Below the pieces are notes generated by a model, which had not been told where the DNA came from, ran no database searches, and saw nothing but the letters and a program-made list of their open reading frames with translations. A stretch of 64,000 nucleotides of DNA from positions 608,001-672,000 of the forward strand of contig JBNKOC010000012.1 of the NCBI GenBank assembly GCA_050294405.1, given 5' to 3'. This document shows, in pieces, positions 1-11,555 of this stretch. A program made the position numbers and the translations under genes. How positions within the stretch are numbered: position 1 is the stretch's first letter; every line of letters begins with the position of its first letter. Source of the DNA: Fibrobacteria bacterium (GTDB lineage Bacteria; Fibrobacterota; Fibrobacteria; UBA11236; JADFYW01).

Positions 1-220
1 AAATTTGCGAAATAGCATTTTTTAAGGGCTCGGGTTTTAAAACCATGCCTGGCTCCCCTCCAAAGGGCACATCGTCCACGGTTTTGTGTTTATCCAAGGC
101 GTATTCCCGTAAATAATGAGGATAAAGCTCCAATTTGCCCAATTTTTGGGCTTTTCCAGTGATGGAGGCATTAAGGGCCGAAAACATTTGAGGAAAAAGA
201 GTCAGCACATCAATTCTCAT
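1..220 (-). CDS. trmD: tRNA (guanine37-N1)-methyltransferase, partial (runs off window start)
   Basis: Manual translation from ATG at 220: MRIDVLTLFPQMF...HKTVDDVPFGGEPGMVLKPEP, the TrmD signature. Follows rimM. Confidence 0.95.
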   Translation of the reverse strand, partial: MRIDVLTLFPQMFSALNASITGKAQKLGKLELYPHYLREYALDKHKTVDDVPFGGEPGMVLKPEPLKNAISQI

Positions 221-773
221 AAAGGCCCTCTAACAGGTCGAATTGAATGTGCATCTGTTGGTTTTCTTCATCTACTTTTTTTACAAAGGCCTCCACCCAG
301 GGCACCAAATATTCCTTGTGATCCGGGTTCACCGGGTGGATTTTAATTAAATCTTGGTTGGGATACTCAAGAATCTCTACAATTTCCCCCAAATCTTTGC
401 CCTCCATATCCACGGCCCGAAAGCCAATCACATCAGAGGTGTAAATCATATCTTCGGGAAGCTCCAGGCGGTTTTCATCTTCCACAAACAAAAGGCCCCC
501 GCTAAATTCTTTCACGGCTTCGGGGGTTAAATAATTTTCAAATTTCAAATGCCAAAAGTTTCCCTGCAATCTTGAGGCAGCTACTTTTAAATTTATGGGC
601 TTGGCTTTGGGATGCTTTTTAAAAACCACTTCGCTTAACTGGTTGTGGCGGTGTATATCAAAACTCTCGGGGCGAACCTTAATTTCGCCCGTTAATCCAA
701 ATGGTTTTATAGTGGTTCCAATTAGCGTGAGTTCGGCTTGGGGCCCCTTTGGATGAGTGGAGGAAGAACTCAT
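210..773 (-). CDS. rimM: 16S rRNA processing protein RimM
   Basis: KPFGLTGEIKV N-terminal motif, PRC-barrel C-terminus (YLVPWVEAFVKKVD), between rpsP and trmD. Confidence 0.93.
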   Translation of the reverse strand: MSSSSTHPKGPQAELTLIGTTIKPFGLTGEIKVRPESFDIHRHNQLSEVVFKKHPKAKPINLKVAASRLQGNFWHLKFENYLTPEAVKEFSGGLLFVEDENRLELPEDMIYTSDVIGFRAVDMEGKDLGEIVEILEYPNQDLIKIHPVNPDHKEYLVPWVEAFVKKVDEENQQMHIQFDLLEGLYEN

Positions 774-802
774 GGCAAGGAAGGCCCTTAATCGAGAAGG
801 GA

Positions 803-1270
803 TTAACCTTCTTTTGGAGCTTCGGCAGCTTCTTCAGGAGCTGCGGCAGCAGCGGCTTCTGCTTCGGCTTTTGCCTTGGCTTCCGCTTCTGCAGCGGCTT
901 TGGCTTCTGCTTCAGCAGCAGTTCTGGCCTGGGCTTTTTTGTTGGGTTTTGCTTTGCGCACTTTCCATTCTTTGGATTTAGGATCGTCTTCTAAAGTGGC
1001 TTTGCCAGCTTTGATTTGAGAAAACTTTTCCATAATTCCTTTAGTGTGGAACAAGGAACGTACGCTGTCAGAAACTTGTGCACCCTTTAACATCCAATCC
1101 AAAGCGGAAGCTTCGTTAACAACCAATTCAGGGGGATTGATGTTAGGGTTATAGTGGCCCACATGCTCCAAAAAACGGCCAGTGGGCTTGTAGCGGCTAT
1201 CCGCCACAGTAATTTTGTATTTGGCCTCGTGTGTGCGGCCTCTTCTAGCTAGTCGAATAACAGTAGCCAA
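803..1270 (-). CDS. rpsP: 30S ribosomal protein S16 with Ala/Glu/Lys-rich C-terminal extension
   Basis: IRLARRG...VADSR...GRFLE.VG.YNP S16 motif. Confidence 0.97.
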   Translation of the reverse strand: MATVIRLARRGRTHEAKYKITVADSRYKPTGRFLEHVGHYNPNINPPELVVNEASALDWMLKGAQVSDSVRSLFHTKGIMEKFSQIKAGKATLEDDPKSKEWKVRKAKPNKKAQARTAAEAEAKAAAEAEAKAKAEAEAAAAAAPEEAAEAPKEG

Positions 1271-1725
1271 TGGTTTTCCTCCGTAAATTTTGAAGCGTAA
1301 TTTTAATAAAAAGCCTATGAAATCTAAAGGAGAAGGACAAAAAAATATTTTTTTATGGCTACTTTCCCTAAAAATCCCCTGTTTTTGCCTGTATTGGGAG
1401 GGTTTGGGGCTCCTGAATCTGGCTGAGAATGGGCTGGCATTAGGGGTTTTTAGGTTAAAAAACTTGGATTGGTTGCTTAGAACCTAAAAAATTAGTTGAT
1501 GCAATAACTGATATTTTGAATTCAACCCATTGAAAACAGCTTTGGAATTGCCGTTCCTCCACTGTTTCTGGGAAAACCAGTCTAGAGACATGTATAGAGG
1601 CTTTTTCGGAGCCTATTCTTCCCGCTAACCCCGAGTTGGAAAAAAGCCTGTTCTACTCATCCGCAAAGTATAATAACATGCGAAAGGGTGGGTTTTACAA
1701 ATCAAATGAGTTGATTTTCCCGGGA

Positions 1726-2796
<1,071 letters not shown>

Positions 2797-3100
2797 CTAA
2801 ATTTTACATGGTTTTAATGAAAACTTCCTCTCATTCAATTATACTTGATTGAACAACCCCCATCTTAATTAAATAAAATTTGAGGAATTCAACCCGTAAA
2901 TCATATCGTATAATATATGGACCCCTGGGAAAAAGTCAACTCAGATTACTTCGGGATATAGACTAAGATAGAGATTTTGATTCCTGAATCACAGTGTAGC
3001 TAATTTATTCACAATGCTGGAGGAAGAAAGAGAAAGCACACTTAATGTTCTAAATTTCACATTTTTCGCACTTAATGGGGCGATTGTCGTTCATGGAAAT

Positions 3101-3964
3101 TTAAGAAGCCGGCAGCAATTTTATCACTCCTTTTTTAAAGGCCTTGGGGCTGACCCCCAGCGCTTTTTTGAATTGCTTGCTAAAATGAAATTCATCGTAA
3201 AAACCCAAAAGCAGGGAAATTTCTTTAATGGAATAATTTTCCAGGGATAAAAATTGCTGGGCTTTTTTCATTTTGACGTTTTGAACATACTCCATTGGCG
3301 CAATTCCCATAATATCTTTGAACACGGTATGAAATTGCGGCTCGGACAAGGCGATAATTCCCGCGAGCTCGGCCCTATCGATTCTTTTTTGCAAATTGTT
3401 ATAAACATAATTCAAGACGGGCATTAACCTTTTTGTTTTGTATAGGAATCCCGCATAACCTTCTGATTTTTTACCTGCTAACAACAATGCTTTTAATAGA
3501 TTGAAGTGGCCGATGTTTCTGTCTACTAACAAATGGATGTGGTCTTTGGAATCCGATGTGTTCACACGGTCAATTTCTTCGATAGCGGCGCCTAATGTTT
3601 GCGATATTTTCCCTTTTACTATTAGTCCGAAATGATATAAGGTACTTAGTTCAATGGAACCCAAAATTGAAGCGCGCACATGAGCCCAGCGCAATACGCC
3701 TCCGGTTTTATCCATTCCCACTAAATGGTTAAGGCCAGGTGGCAGCAGCAATGTATGCCCTTTAGGGACAGTTATTCGTTTCCCTCTTTCCAAATAGCAG
3801 TAAAAATCCCCTCCAACTACATTGATTATTACAAAGTAGGGTAAAGTTCTCCAACCGGTGTTGTTGTTGGGCTTACAATGCTGGACTTTGCCAGAGTGAA
3901 AGTCGAATTCAATGGAACCTTCCATTAAATGGTTAAAATCGACATTTTGTGGAGCTTTTTTCAT
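3101..3964 (-). CDS. AraC-family transcriptional regulator
   Basis: N-terminal cupin; C-terminal double HTH (LGFYDEFHFSKQFKKALGVSP). Start at 3964 is my preference; the ORF extends to 4048. Confidence 0.9.
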   Translation of the reverse strand: MKKAPQNVDFNHLMEGSIEFDFHSGKVQHCKPNNNTGWRTLPYFVIINVVGGDFYCYLERGKRITVPKGHTLLLPPGLNHLVGMDKTGGVLRWAHVRASILGSIELSTLYHFGLIVKGKISQTLGAAIEEIDRVNTSDSKDHIHLLVDRNIGHFNLLKALLLAGKKSEGYAGFLYKTKRLMPVLNYVYNNLQKRIDRAELAGIIALSEPQFHTVFKDIMGIAPMEYVQNVKMKKAQQFLSLENYSIKEISLLLGFYDEFHFSKQFKKALGVSPKAFKKGVIKLLPAS

Positions 3965-4138
3965 GATTGTGGACTGTTTAATATAGAATTTAAGTTTCTT
4001 CGGTTCCCATAGTTTAAATAATAACTGAATGAGAGTCCAGTTAGCCATACAATTTTACATGTTTCTGATTTAACTTTCCATTTGTTAGTCCTGTTAAAAT
4101 GGTACATTATGAATTGTATTTAAAATCAAGAAATCAAT

Positions 4139-5266
4139 ATGATGGATATTAGAGGATATGATTATATAGAGTACTATGTGGGCTCGTCCAAAATGGTTGC
4201 GTATTGGTTTGCAAGAGCTTTGGGCATGCAACTAACTGGGTATTCAGGTCCTGAAACCGGCCACAAAGACAGGGCCTCCTATTATCTTACTAAAAATGAA
4301 ATAAAATTTGTAGTAACATCTCCCTTAACACCAAACAATCAGGAGTTATATGGTTTTTTAAACAAACATGGTGACGGTATTAAGCGTTGGGCCATAGAGG
4401 TGGACAATGTAAAGAAATGTATTAAAACTGCCATTCAAAATGGCGGGATACCCGTGCGAGACTACCGCCGCCTTCAGGATGATTACGGCTACGTGGAAGA
4501 AGCCGCCATTAAACTATACGATGATTCCGAAATTGTATTCATAAACCGCGATCATTATAATTCCCTTTTTATGCCGGGTTTTTCGAAACCATTGCAATCC
4601 CTGAATATCGAATGTGCCGAGACAGGAATACAAAAGGTAGACCATATTGTTGGCAATGTGCGTGTTAATGAAATGGATAGATGGGCCGAATATTTCAATC
4701 AAACCCTGGGTTTTGAAACATTTGTTGATTTTAAACCGGGTGATATTGGTACAAAATATTCCGCGCTTCTTTCTAAAGTGGTTCGCAGTCGGGGCGATAA
4801 AATTAAAAACCCCATAAACGAACCTTATGAAGGGTTAAAAAAATCACAAATTGAAGAATACATCGAACACTACCATGGTTCGGGAGTTCAGCATGTGGCT
4901 ATTAGTTGCAACAACATTATGGAATCTATTCCCGCCCTCAGAAAAAATGGGATAGAATTTTTAACAGTCCCTGATGCTTATTACGAAAAATTGCGTGAAA
5001 AGAATTATCCCTTTATTACAGAAAATATTTCCGATTTGCAAAGACAGGGCATTTTGTGTGATGTGGAAGGGGAGGGATACTTACTACAGCTGTTCACCAA
5101 ACCCATTGGGGATAGGCCCACCTTTTTTTTTGAATTTATTCAGAGAAAAAACGGAAGTCAGGGCTTTGGCAAAGGCAATTTTCAAGCTCTGTTTGAATCT
5201 ATTGAATACGACCAGGCCCTACGGGGCAATTTGGAAAAAGAACCCTCGGGCCAGGCAATAATCTAA
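4139..5266 (+). CDS. hppD: 4-hydroxyphenylpyruvate dioxygenase
   Basis: DHIVGNV, SQIEEY, GVQHVA, LLQLFTKP, FEFIQR, GFGKGNFQALFESIE motifs. Confidence 0.97.
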   Translation: MMDIRGYDYIEYYVGSSKMVAYWFARALGMQLTGYSGPETGHKDRASYYLTKNEIKFVVTSPLTPNNQELYGFLNKHGDGIKRWAIEVDNVKKCIKTAIQNGGIPVRDYRRLQDDYGYVEEAAIKLYDDSEIVFINRDHYNSLFMPGFSKPLQSLNIECAETGIQKVDHIVGNVRVNEMDRWAEYFNQTLGFETFVDFKPGDIGTKYSALLSKVVRSRGDKIKNPINEPYEGLKKSQIEEYIEHYHGSGVQHVAISCNNIMESIPALRKNGIEFLTVPDAYYEKLREKNYPFITENISDLQRQGILCDVEGEGYLLQLFTKPIGDRPTFFFEFIQRKNGSQGFGKGNFQALFESIEYDQALRGNLEKEPSGQAII

Positions 5267-5268
5267 AC

Positions 5269-6432
5269 ATGTGCTATTACCACAAATGCGGCCTTTTGCC
5301 TGATGTTAAACACACTGCTTTTTACCAAAACGGGAATTCCTCCCTTTATCGAGAAGAGTTGTTTTCCAGCAAAGGATTTTCCGGAGCATATACCCTAAAA
5401 TACCACATTAACATGCCACCCGCTATGACAGGGCTCGTAGAAGAGCCTACCCCGGAATTTAAGCCATGGAAGGAATTTGCCTTGGAGCCCTATCATTTTT
5501 TCACAGAAAAAATGCCCTCTCATGGTGATTTTATAAAAAGCCGTATTCCGTTATTGGAAAATGAACATGTTCGGCTTTCCATAGCGAAAATCTCAGAAGA
5601 GAGCTCTGCTTTTTATAAAAACAGCAGGTCTTGGGAATACTTGTATATACATAAGGGCGAGGGAGAGCTGCTTTGTGATTTAGGGCGATTGCCATTAAAA
5701 CCGGGAGACCATGTTGTTATACCCAAAAATGTTATTTACCAACTTAATTTTGAAAATTATGAACAAATCAGAGTATTTATTGTGGAATCCTTGGATGCAT
5801 TGGAATTTCCTTCCCATTACCTGAATAAAAATGGGCAACTTATGGAACAGGCTCCTTTCTGCGAACGGGATATTCAAGTTCCAGATTTTGTGCCGCCTAA
5901 ATCAGAGGCAGGGGATTATAAAATTTATATCAAAAGGTCAGGCAAACTTTACTGTCAAACTGTTCCCCACCACCCCTTTGATGTGGTGGGTTGGGACGGC
6001 TATTTATATCCATACAGCCTTAATATCCACAGTTTTAACCCTGTGGTGGGCCGTATACACCTTCCACCTCCCGTCCATGCCATTTTGCAGACTCCTCACA
6101 TGGTGATTTGCAATTTTGTTCCCCGTTTGTTTGATTTTCATCCCGAAGCTATTCCCGCTCCTTATTTTCATTCTAACATCGACAGCGATGAAGTTTTATA
6201 TTATGCAGGGGGAAATTTTATGTCCCGAAGTGGCATTGAAGAGGGTTCCCTTACTTTACATCCGGCCGGGCTCATACACGGTCCCCAACCGGGAAAAACG
6301 GAAGAATCTATGGGAAAAACAACAACTGATGAACTGGCTGTCATGGTGGATACATTTGAGCCTCTAAGGCCGACCCTCCATTCCAAAGATATAATGGATG
6401 TTAATTACAAACTTTCGTGGGTGGAAAAATAA
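5269..6432 (+). CDS. hmgA: Homogentisate 1,2-dioxygenase
   Basis: HHPFDVVGWDG, PYFHSNIDSDEVLYY, LHPAGLIHGPQP motifs; follows hppD. Confidence 0.93.
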   Translation: MCYYHKCGLLPDVKHTAFYQNGNSSLYREELFSSKGFSGAYTLKYHINMPPAMTGLVEEPTPEFKPWKEFALEPYHFFTEKMPSHGDFIKSRIPLLENEHVRLSIAKISEESSAFYKNSRSWEYLYIHKGEGELLCDLGRLPLKPGDHVVIPKNVIYQLNFENYEQIRVFIVESLDALEFPSHYLNKNGQLMEQAPFCERDIQVPDFVPPKSEAGDYKIYIKRSGKLYCQTVPHHPFDVVGWDGYLYPYSLNIHSFNPVVGRIHLPPPVHAILQTPHMVICNFVPRLFDFHPEAIPAPYFHSNIDSDEVLYYAGGNFMSRSGIEEGSLTLHPAGLIHGPQPGKTEESMGKTTTDELAVMVDTFEPLRPTLHSKDIMDVNYKLSWVEK

Positions 6433-7533
6433 ATGTTACATATTCCATCTTTTGTGAAAAATTTACAAACTTATGTTCCTGGAAAACCTCTGAATGAATT
6501 GAGTAATTCAATTCCCTTGGACAAGTACATTCGCTTTGCTTCCAATGAAAATCCAAGAGGGCCATCACCACTAGCGCAAAAAGCCATCCGCTTAGCAATA
6601 AAAGAGCTCAACCGCTACTCAGATCCAGCTTCAAGGGATTTGGTAAGCACCATCTCGGAAATATATAACATTCCCAAAAATCAAATTATTTGCGGCCATG
6701 GAACAGATTCTATTTTAGCCTCTATTGTATCAGCCTTTACCCATGAAAATGATGAAATACTCACCAGTGAAGGTACCTTTATCGGCATCTATGTAAATGT
6801 CCAGAAATTAGGGCGGAAAATAATTAAAACCCCCCTAAAAAATTATGCTTATGATTTACAAGCTATCCTTAAGGCGGTTAGTAAAAAGACAAAAATGGTA
6901 TACATTTCCAATCCTAATAACCCCACGGGATCCCTTGTAGGGAAAAAAGAATTGGAATCCTTTATGAAAAAACTGCCCAAAAATATTCTGGTAGTTTTGG
7001 ATGAGGCTTATACCCAATATGCCGAGCACCTGGAGGAATATCCAAATGGATTACATTGCAAGTATGAAAATATGGTGGTTACCCGCAGCCTTTCCAAGGC
7101 ATATGGTTTGGCAGGCCTTAGAATTGGTTTTGCAGTGGGCTCAGGTCAAGTTATAGAAACTTTGTACAAAGTAAAGCTCCCCTTTGACCCTGGTTTACTG
7201 CCGCAAAGAGCTGCGGTGGCTGCCCTTAAAGATACTGACTTTTTAAAGAAGACGGTTCAATTGAACCGGGCCTCTCTTGATATTTTGCTGACTTGCCTTA
7301 AAACTCTTGGTATAAAACATAAAGGCACGGCGGCCAATTTTGTTATGGCGATTTTTGGAAGTGCGAATGAGGCCCGTGAATTTAATGATAATTGCCTGGC
7401 GCGGGGTTTGGTTTTAAGACCCTTAACGACTTTTGGAATTCCTGAAGCTATTCGGATTTCCTCTGGGACCCTGGCGGAGTCCAAAAGGGCTGCTCAAATT
7501 ATAAAATCCGTTTATGAAAAATTAAAAAATTAA
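6433..7533 (+). CDS. HisC-family PLP aminotransferase, probably acting as an aromatic (Tyr/Phe) aminotransferase here
   Basis: ASNENP, NPNNPTG, DEAY, SLSKAYGLAGLRIG; embedded in the tyrosine catabolic operon. Confidence 0.85.
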   Translation: MLHIPSFVKNLQTYVPGKPLNELSNSIPLDKYIRFASNENPRGPSPLAQKAIRLAIKELNRYSDPASRDLVSTISEIYNIPKNQIICGHGTDSILASIVSAFTHENDEILTSEGTFIGIYVNVQKLGRKIIKTPLKNYAYDLQAILKAVSKKTKMVYISNPNNPTGSLVGKKELESFMKKLPKNILVVLDEAYTQYAEHLEEYPNGLHCKYENMVVTRSLSKAYGLAGLRIGFAVGSGQVIETLYKVKLPFDPGLLPQRAAVAALKDTDFLKKTVQLNRASLDILLTCLKTLGIKHKGTAANFVMAIFGSANEAREFNDNCLARGLVLRPLTTFGIPEAIRISSGTLAESKRAAQIIKSVYEKLKN

Positions 7534-7543
7534 AGATATATCT

Positions 7544-8587
7544 ATGAAATTGTTCAGTTACATAAAAAATAATTCTAAGCCGCTCTTAGGCTTGGCAAAT
7601 GAGAATATGTACTATGATATTTCTTCTCAATATACAGCATCGGGCGAAAAATTGCCTGCTTCTATGCTGGAGTACTTGCAGTCTTCGGATGAAACAAAAA
7701 TGGGCCTTAAAGAATTTGCAAATAACACTAAGACAAAAGGTTTAGAACCTATAGATCCCGGCGGCATTCGGATTGTAGCCCCCCTGCCTAACCCAACCAG
7801 TTGCCGGGACGCTTACGCCTTCCGTCAACATGTGCAAACAGCCCGCAGAAACAGGGGGCTTGATATGATTGAAGAATTTGATCAGTTTCCCGTATTTTAT
7901 TTTACCAATCACAATGCTGTTTGTGGTCCTGGTGATGTGATATTGGAAAAAGATCATTTTGAAAAACTGGATTTTGAGTTGGAACTCGCGATTATTATTG
8001 GCAAAAAGGGCCGCAACATTCCTGCTGAAAAAGCAGATGAATACATTGCCGGTTTTACTATTATGAATGACTTGTCAGCTCGAGTGCTGCAAATGGAGGA
8101 AATGAAATTGAGCTTGGGTCCCGCTAAAGGAAAAGATTTTTCAACGGCAATCGGACCCTGGTTAGTGACTCCTGATGAATTACAAGAGTTCTCCACAAAA
8201 ACAGACAAGGGTCTCAAATACAATCTTAAAATGACGGCTCGTCACAACAATATCCTGGTTTCTCACGGGAATGCTATCGATATGCACTGGACTTTTGCTG
8301 AAATTATAGAAAGGTGTTCCTATGGGGTCGATCTTTTTCCCGGTGATGTTATTGGTTCAGGTACCGTAGGAACCGGCTGTTATCTGGAATTAAACGGCAC
8401 CGCAGCTCTAAATGCAAAAGAAAAGGGCGTTTCATTTACCCCAGTTTGGCTAGAGCCCAATGACGAAATTTCCTTGTCCATAGAGGGACTTGGTACATTG
8501 ACCAACAAAATGATTTTAAGCGACAACAATCTTTCACTGCTGGAAAAGAAAAGACAAGCATATGATTGGGTTGGGAGGGGGAAATAA
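7544..8587 (+). CDS. fahA: Fumarylacetoacetate hydrolase family protein
   Basis: LDFELE, MNDLSAR, KGKDF, PGDVIGSGT motifs; operon context. Confidence 0.88.
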   Translation: MKLFSYIKNNSKPLLGLANENMYYDISSQYTASGEKLPASMLEYLQSSDETKMGLKEFANNTKTKGLEPIDPGGIRIVAPLPNPTSCRDAYAFRQHVQTARRNRGLDMIEEFDQFPVFYFTNHNAVCGPGDVILEKDHFEKLDFELELAIIIGKKGRNIPAEKADEYIAGFTIMNDLSARVLQMEEMKLSLGPAKGKDFSTAIGPWLVTPDELQEFSTKTDKGLKYNLKMTARHNNILVSHGNAIDMHWTFAEIIERCSYGVDLFPGDVIGSGTVGTGCYLELNGTAALNAKEKGVSFTPVWLEPNDEISLSIEGLGTLTNKMILSDNNLSLLEKKRQAYDWVGRGK

Positions 8588-8589
8588 GT

Positions 8590-9531
8590 ATGGAATCCCT
8601 GGACCCTAATGAATTAGATTTGAGGCAAAAATCAGGTTTGTTATTGGGAGCTATAACTCCCAGGCCCATTGCACTCGTATCCACAGTCTCGAAGACGGGA
8701 GTTCCCAATTTATCCCCCTTTTCATTTTTTAATATATTCGGCACTAATCCTCCGGTCCTTGGTTTTTCTCCTTCCAATCGAGGCCGTGACGGAACTTATA
8801 AAGATACATACCTTAACATTCGTGAAACTAAAGAATGCGTGGTGCAGTTGGTAACTTATCCAATGGGGCAGCAAATTAATTTGGCTTCGGGAGAATTTGA
8901 TCCTAATGTTGACGAGTTTGTGAAATCGGGCTTGACTCCTGCGCCCTCAGATTTAGTGGCACCGGCCCGAGTCAAAGAATCTCCTTTTCAAATGGAATGC
9001 AAATTGAGAGACATTATAAATCTGGGAGAGGGGCCAGCCTCTGGAAATTTAGTTTTATGTGATGTGATTCGCATACATATTGCAAAATCTTTGGACTGGA
9101 GAAATGGGATAAACTCTCTGGAACTCGACACCATTGGTCGTCTTGGGGGAGCTGAGTACATTCGTATGCAGGACCAGGCTATTTTTTCCATTGAGAAACC
9201 AGCGGGTAAAAATGCTATGGGTTTTGAAAATTTGCCAGCCCATATTTTGAATTCTAAAATTCTAACAGGCAATAATCTGGCGGCCCTTGCTAATTGCGAA
9301 TCTCCACCTTCCAAAGCCGCAATAGTGGAGTTCCTAAATACATATACTTCTGAAGCGACATCCGGTACTGCTGAAGAATTTATAAATAGCGGAAATTACC
9401 GGGGGGCGGCAACTGTTTTACTGGCGGATGAAAATTTTGAAGAAATCTTGTGGCATAAAATAGCCAAAGCAGCACTGGAAGCAGCTGACGTAGATTTTGC
9501 CTGGAAGGCGCTTCTTGTTTTTTCCCAATAA
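8590..9531 (+). CDS. Flavin reductase-like (split-barrel, DIM6/NTAB family) protein with C-terminal extension
   Basis: PRPIALVST, NLSPFSFFN, KDTYLNI, RVKESPFQMEC, IGRLGG. Start at 8590 follows the fahA stop. Confidence 0.88.
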   Translation: MESLDPNELDLRQKSGLLLGAITPRPIALVSTVSKTGVPNLSPFSFFNIFGTNPPVLGFSPSNRGRDGTYKDTYLNIRETKECVVQLVTYPMGQQINLASGEFDPNVDEFVKSGLTPAPSDLVAPARVKESPFQMECKLRDIINLGEGPASGNLVLCDVIRIHIAKSLDWRNGINSLELDTIGRLGGAEYIRMQDQAIFSIEKPAGKNAMGFENLPAHILNSKILTGNNLAALANCESPPSKAAIVEFLNTYTSEATSGTAEEFINSGNYRGAATVLLADENFEEILWHKIAKAALEAADVDFAWKALLVFSQ

Positions 9532-9564
9532 GTTCAAATAAAAATAGGACAGCTCTAAAAATCT

Positions 9565-11523
9565 GTGGCTTCAGTTTTATATACACCTCCTCCCCATAAG
9601 ATTGAGTCATCCAATCTCACGGATTTTATAAATTTCGCCAGTCAGGAAACCGGGAAACAATTTACAGATTACGACTCTCTGCACGCATGGTCCATATCGG
9701 AAAACAAGGAATTCTGGTCGCTAATTTGGAAACATAGTAATATCATTTTTTCTCAAAAATACACATCAGTTTTAGACGGGGAGAATATAAGGGAAGCCAA
9801 ATGGTTTAGCGGGGCTAAGCTTAATTTTGCTGAAAATCTTTTGCGGCGCAGAGATAATGGAATTGCCATTATATATGAAGCCGAAAAAAAACAGGCACAA
9901 AAAATCACTTATGCCCAATTATATGCACAAGTGGCTTCCTGCGCCGAAGGGTTAAAAAAAATAGGAGTTGGTAAAGGCGACAGGGTAGCAGGCATATTAA
10001 CAAACAGCGTGGAACCGGTAATTGCCATGCTGGCTTCCGCAAGTCTTGGGGCAATTTGGTCAAGCTGTTCTCCTGATTTTGGAACAGAAGCAATTCACCA
10101 GAGGTTCAGCCAAATCAATCCAAAAGTGTTGTTTGCCGTAGAAGGCTATTATTACAACTCCAAATATTATGATTGTAAAAATAAAATTAAGGAAGTCCTG
10201 GACAACATAACATCCATTGAAAATTTAGTGTTGGTTACAGAAGGAGGGGTATCTGATCATCCCTTTTCCTATAAAACATTCGATTCCCTGTTGGATAACC
10301 CAGTAAAAAGCATCGATTTTGAGCCTCTGGAATTTGATCACCCTCTTTATATTCTGTTTTCTTCTGGAACCACGGGTAAGCCTAAATGTATTGTTCATGG
10401 GGCAGGGGGCACTCTATTACAACATTATAAAGAGTTGGCTCTGCATAGCAATTTGAAAAGTGGAGATGTTCTGACTTATTTTACCACTTGCGGATGGATG
10501 ATGTGGAATTGGATGGTTAGCGCCTTGTTTATAGGTTCCACTCTTTATGTTTATGACGGCAGTCCGGCTGAACCTAATCTTTACAGGCTGTGGAAGGCTG
10601 TAGAGGAACATGGGATAAATGTGTTTGGAACCAGTCCTGGTTTTTTATCCGCCTGCCAGAAGAAAAACATTCACCCTCCAGAGAAGGCTAACCTAAGTAG
10701 CTTAAATACTATTTTATCCACTGGTTCACCCTTGTCCGAAGAGAATTTTAAATGGGTGTATACTCAGGTAAAATCCAATGTCCAGCTATCTTCCATTTCC
10801 GGGGGAACGGATATACTTTCCTGTTTTGTACTTGGAAACCCTAATTTGCCTGTTATGTGCGGGAAAATTCAATGTATAGGGCTTGGTATGGATGTAAAAG
10901 TATTTGATGAAAATGAAAAAAGCATAGAAGGAAAACTGGGGGAACTAGTTTGCACGGGTCCCTTTCCTTCGCGTCCAATTATGTTCTGGAACGATTCAGA
11001 CGGCCGCAAATACAAAGATGCTTATTTTAAAAAGAATAAAGATGTATGGTACCATGGAGATTTTATAAAAATCACAACTTCCGAGGGAATAACTATAGCA
11101 GGTCGGTCTGATACGACTCTAAATCATGGAGGAGTGCGCATTGGCACGGCTGAAATTTATAATATTGTTGAAAAAATCCCGGGACTGACAGAAAGCTTGA
11201 TTTGTGACAGAGTTGTAGCTGATTGCTCCCAGCTAATACTATTTGTTAAAACTGAAACCGTCGGCTTGCTTGATGAAAACATAATTGCAAAAATTAAAAT
11301 GCAATTGAAATTACAGGCTAGCCCTCGCCATGTCCCTCAGTACATTTTTGAAGTCCCGGATATCCCTAAAACTATGAGCGGGAAAAAAATGGAACTGCTG
11401 GTAAAAAAAATTATGCAGGGAGAAGCTTTAGATAACAAAGAAGTGGTGGCAAACAGCCAGGTATTGGAAAGTTATTTTAAAATAAGCGCTAATTTGAAAG
11501 TGGAACTTGGAACGGATACTTAA
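9565..11523 (+). CDS. Acetoacetate-CoA ligase (acetoacetyl-CoA synthetase)
   Basis: FSSGTTGKPKCIVHG, TTCGWMMWNW, SISGGTD, GRSD.TLN.GGVRIGTAEIY; GTG start. Confidence 0.93.
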   Translation: MASVLYTPPPHKIESSNLTDFINFASQETGKQFTDYDSLHAWSISENKEFWSLIWKHSNIIFSQKYTSVLDGENIREAKWFSGAKLNFAENLLRRRDNGIAIIYEAEKKQAQKITYAQLYAQVASCAEGLKKIGVGKGDRVAGILTNSVEPVIAMLASASLGAIWSSCSPDFGTEAIHQRFSQINPKVLFAVEGYYYNSKYYDCKNKIKEVLDNITSIENLVLVTEGGVSDHPFSYKTFDSLLDNPVKSIDFEPLEFDHPLYILFSSGTTGKPKCIVHGAGGTLLQHYKELALHSNLKSGDVLTYFTTCGWMMWNWMVSALFIGSTLYVYDGSPAEPNLYRLWKAVEEHGINVFGTSPGFLSACQKKNIHPPEKANLSSLNTILSTGSPLSEENFKWVYTQVKSNVQLSSISGGTDILSCFVLGNPNLPVMCGKIQCIGLGMDVKVFDENEKSIEGKLGELVCTGPFPSRPIMFWNDSDGRKYKDAYFKKNKDVWYHGDFIKITTSEGITIAGRSDTTLNHGGVRIGTAEIYNIVEKIPGLTESLICDRVVADCSQLILFVKTETVGLLDENIIAKIKMQLKLQASPRHVPQYIFEVPDIPKTMSGKKMELLVKKIMQGEALDNKEVVANSQVLESYFKISANLKVELGTDT

Positions 11524-11555
11524 AAAGCAGAGAAGAAAAGCAATTTGGCTCTTTC

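Noticed and set aside
749..994. Repetitive + strand ORFs (FCFGFC..., LLQRL...)
   Set aside because: Antisense shadows of the Ala/Glu-rich S16 tail.
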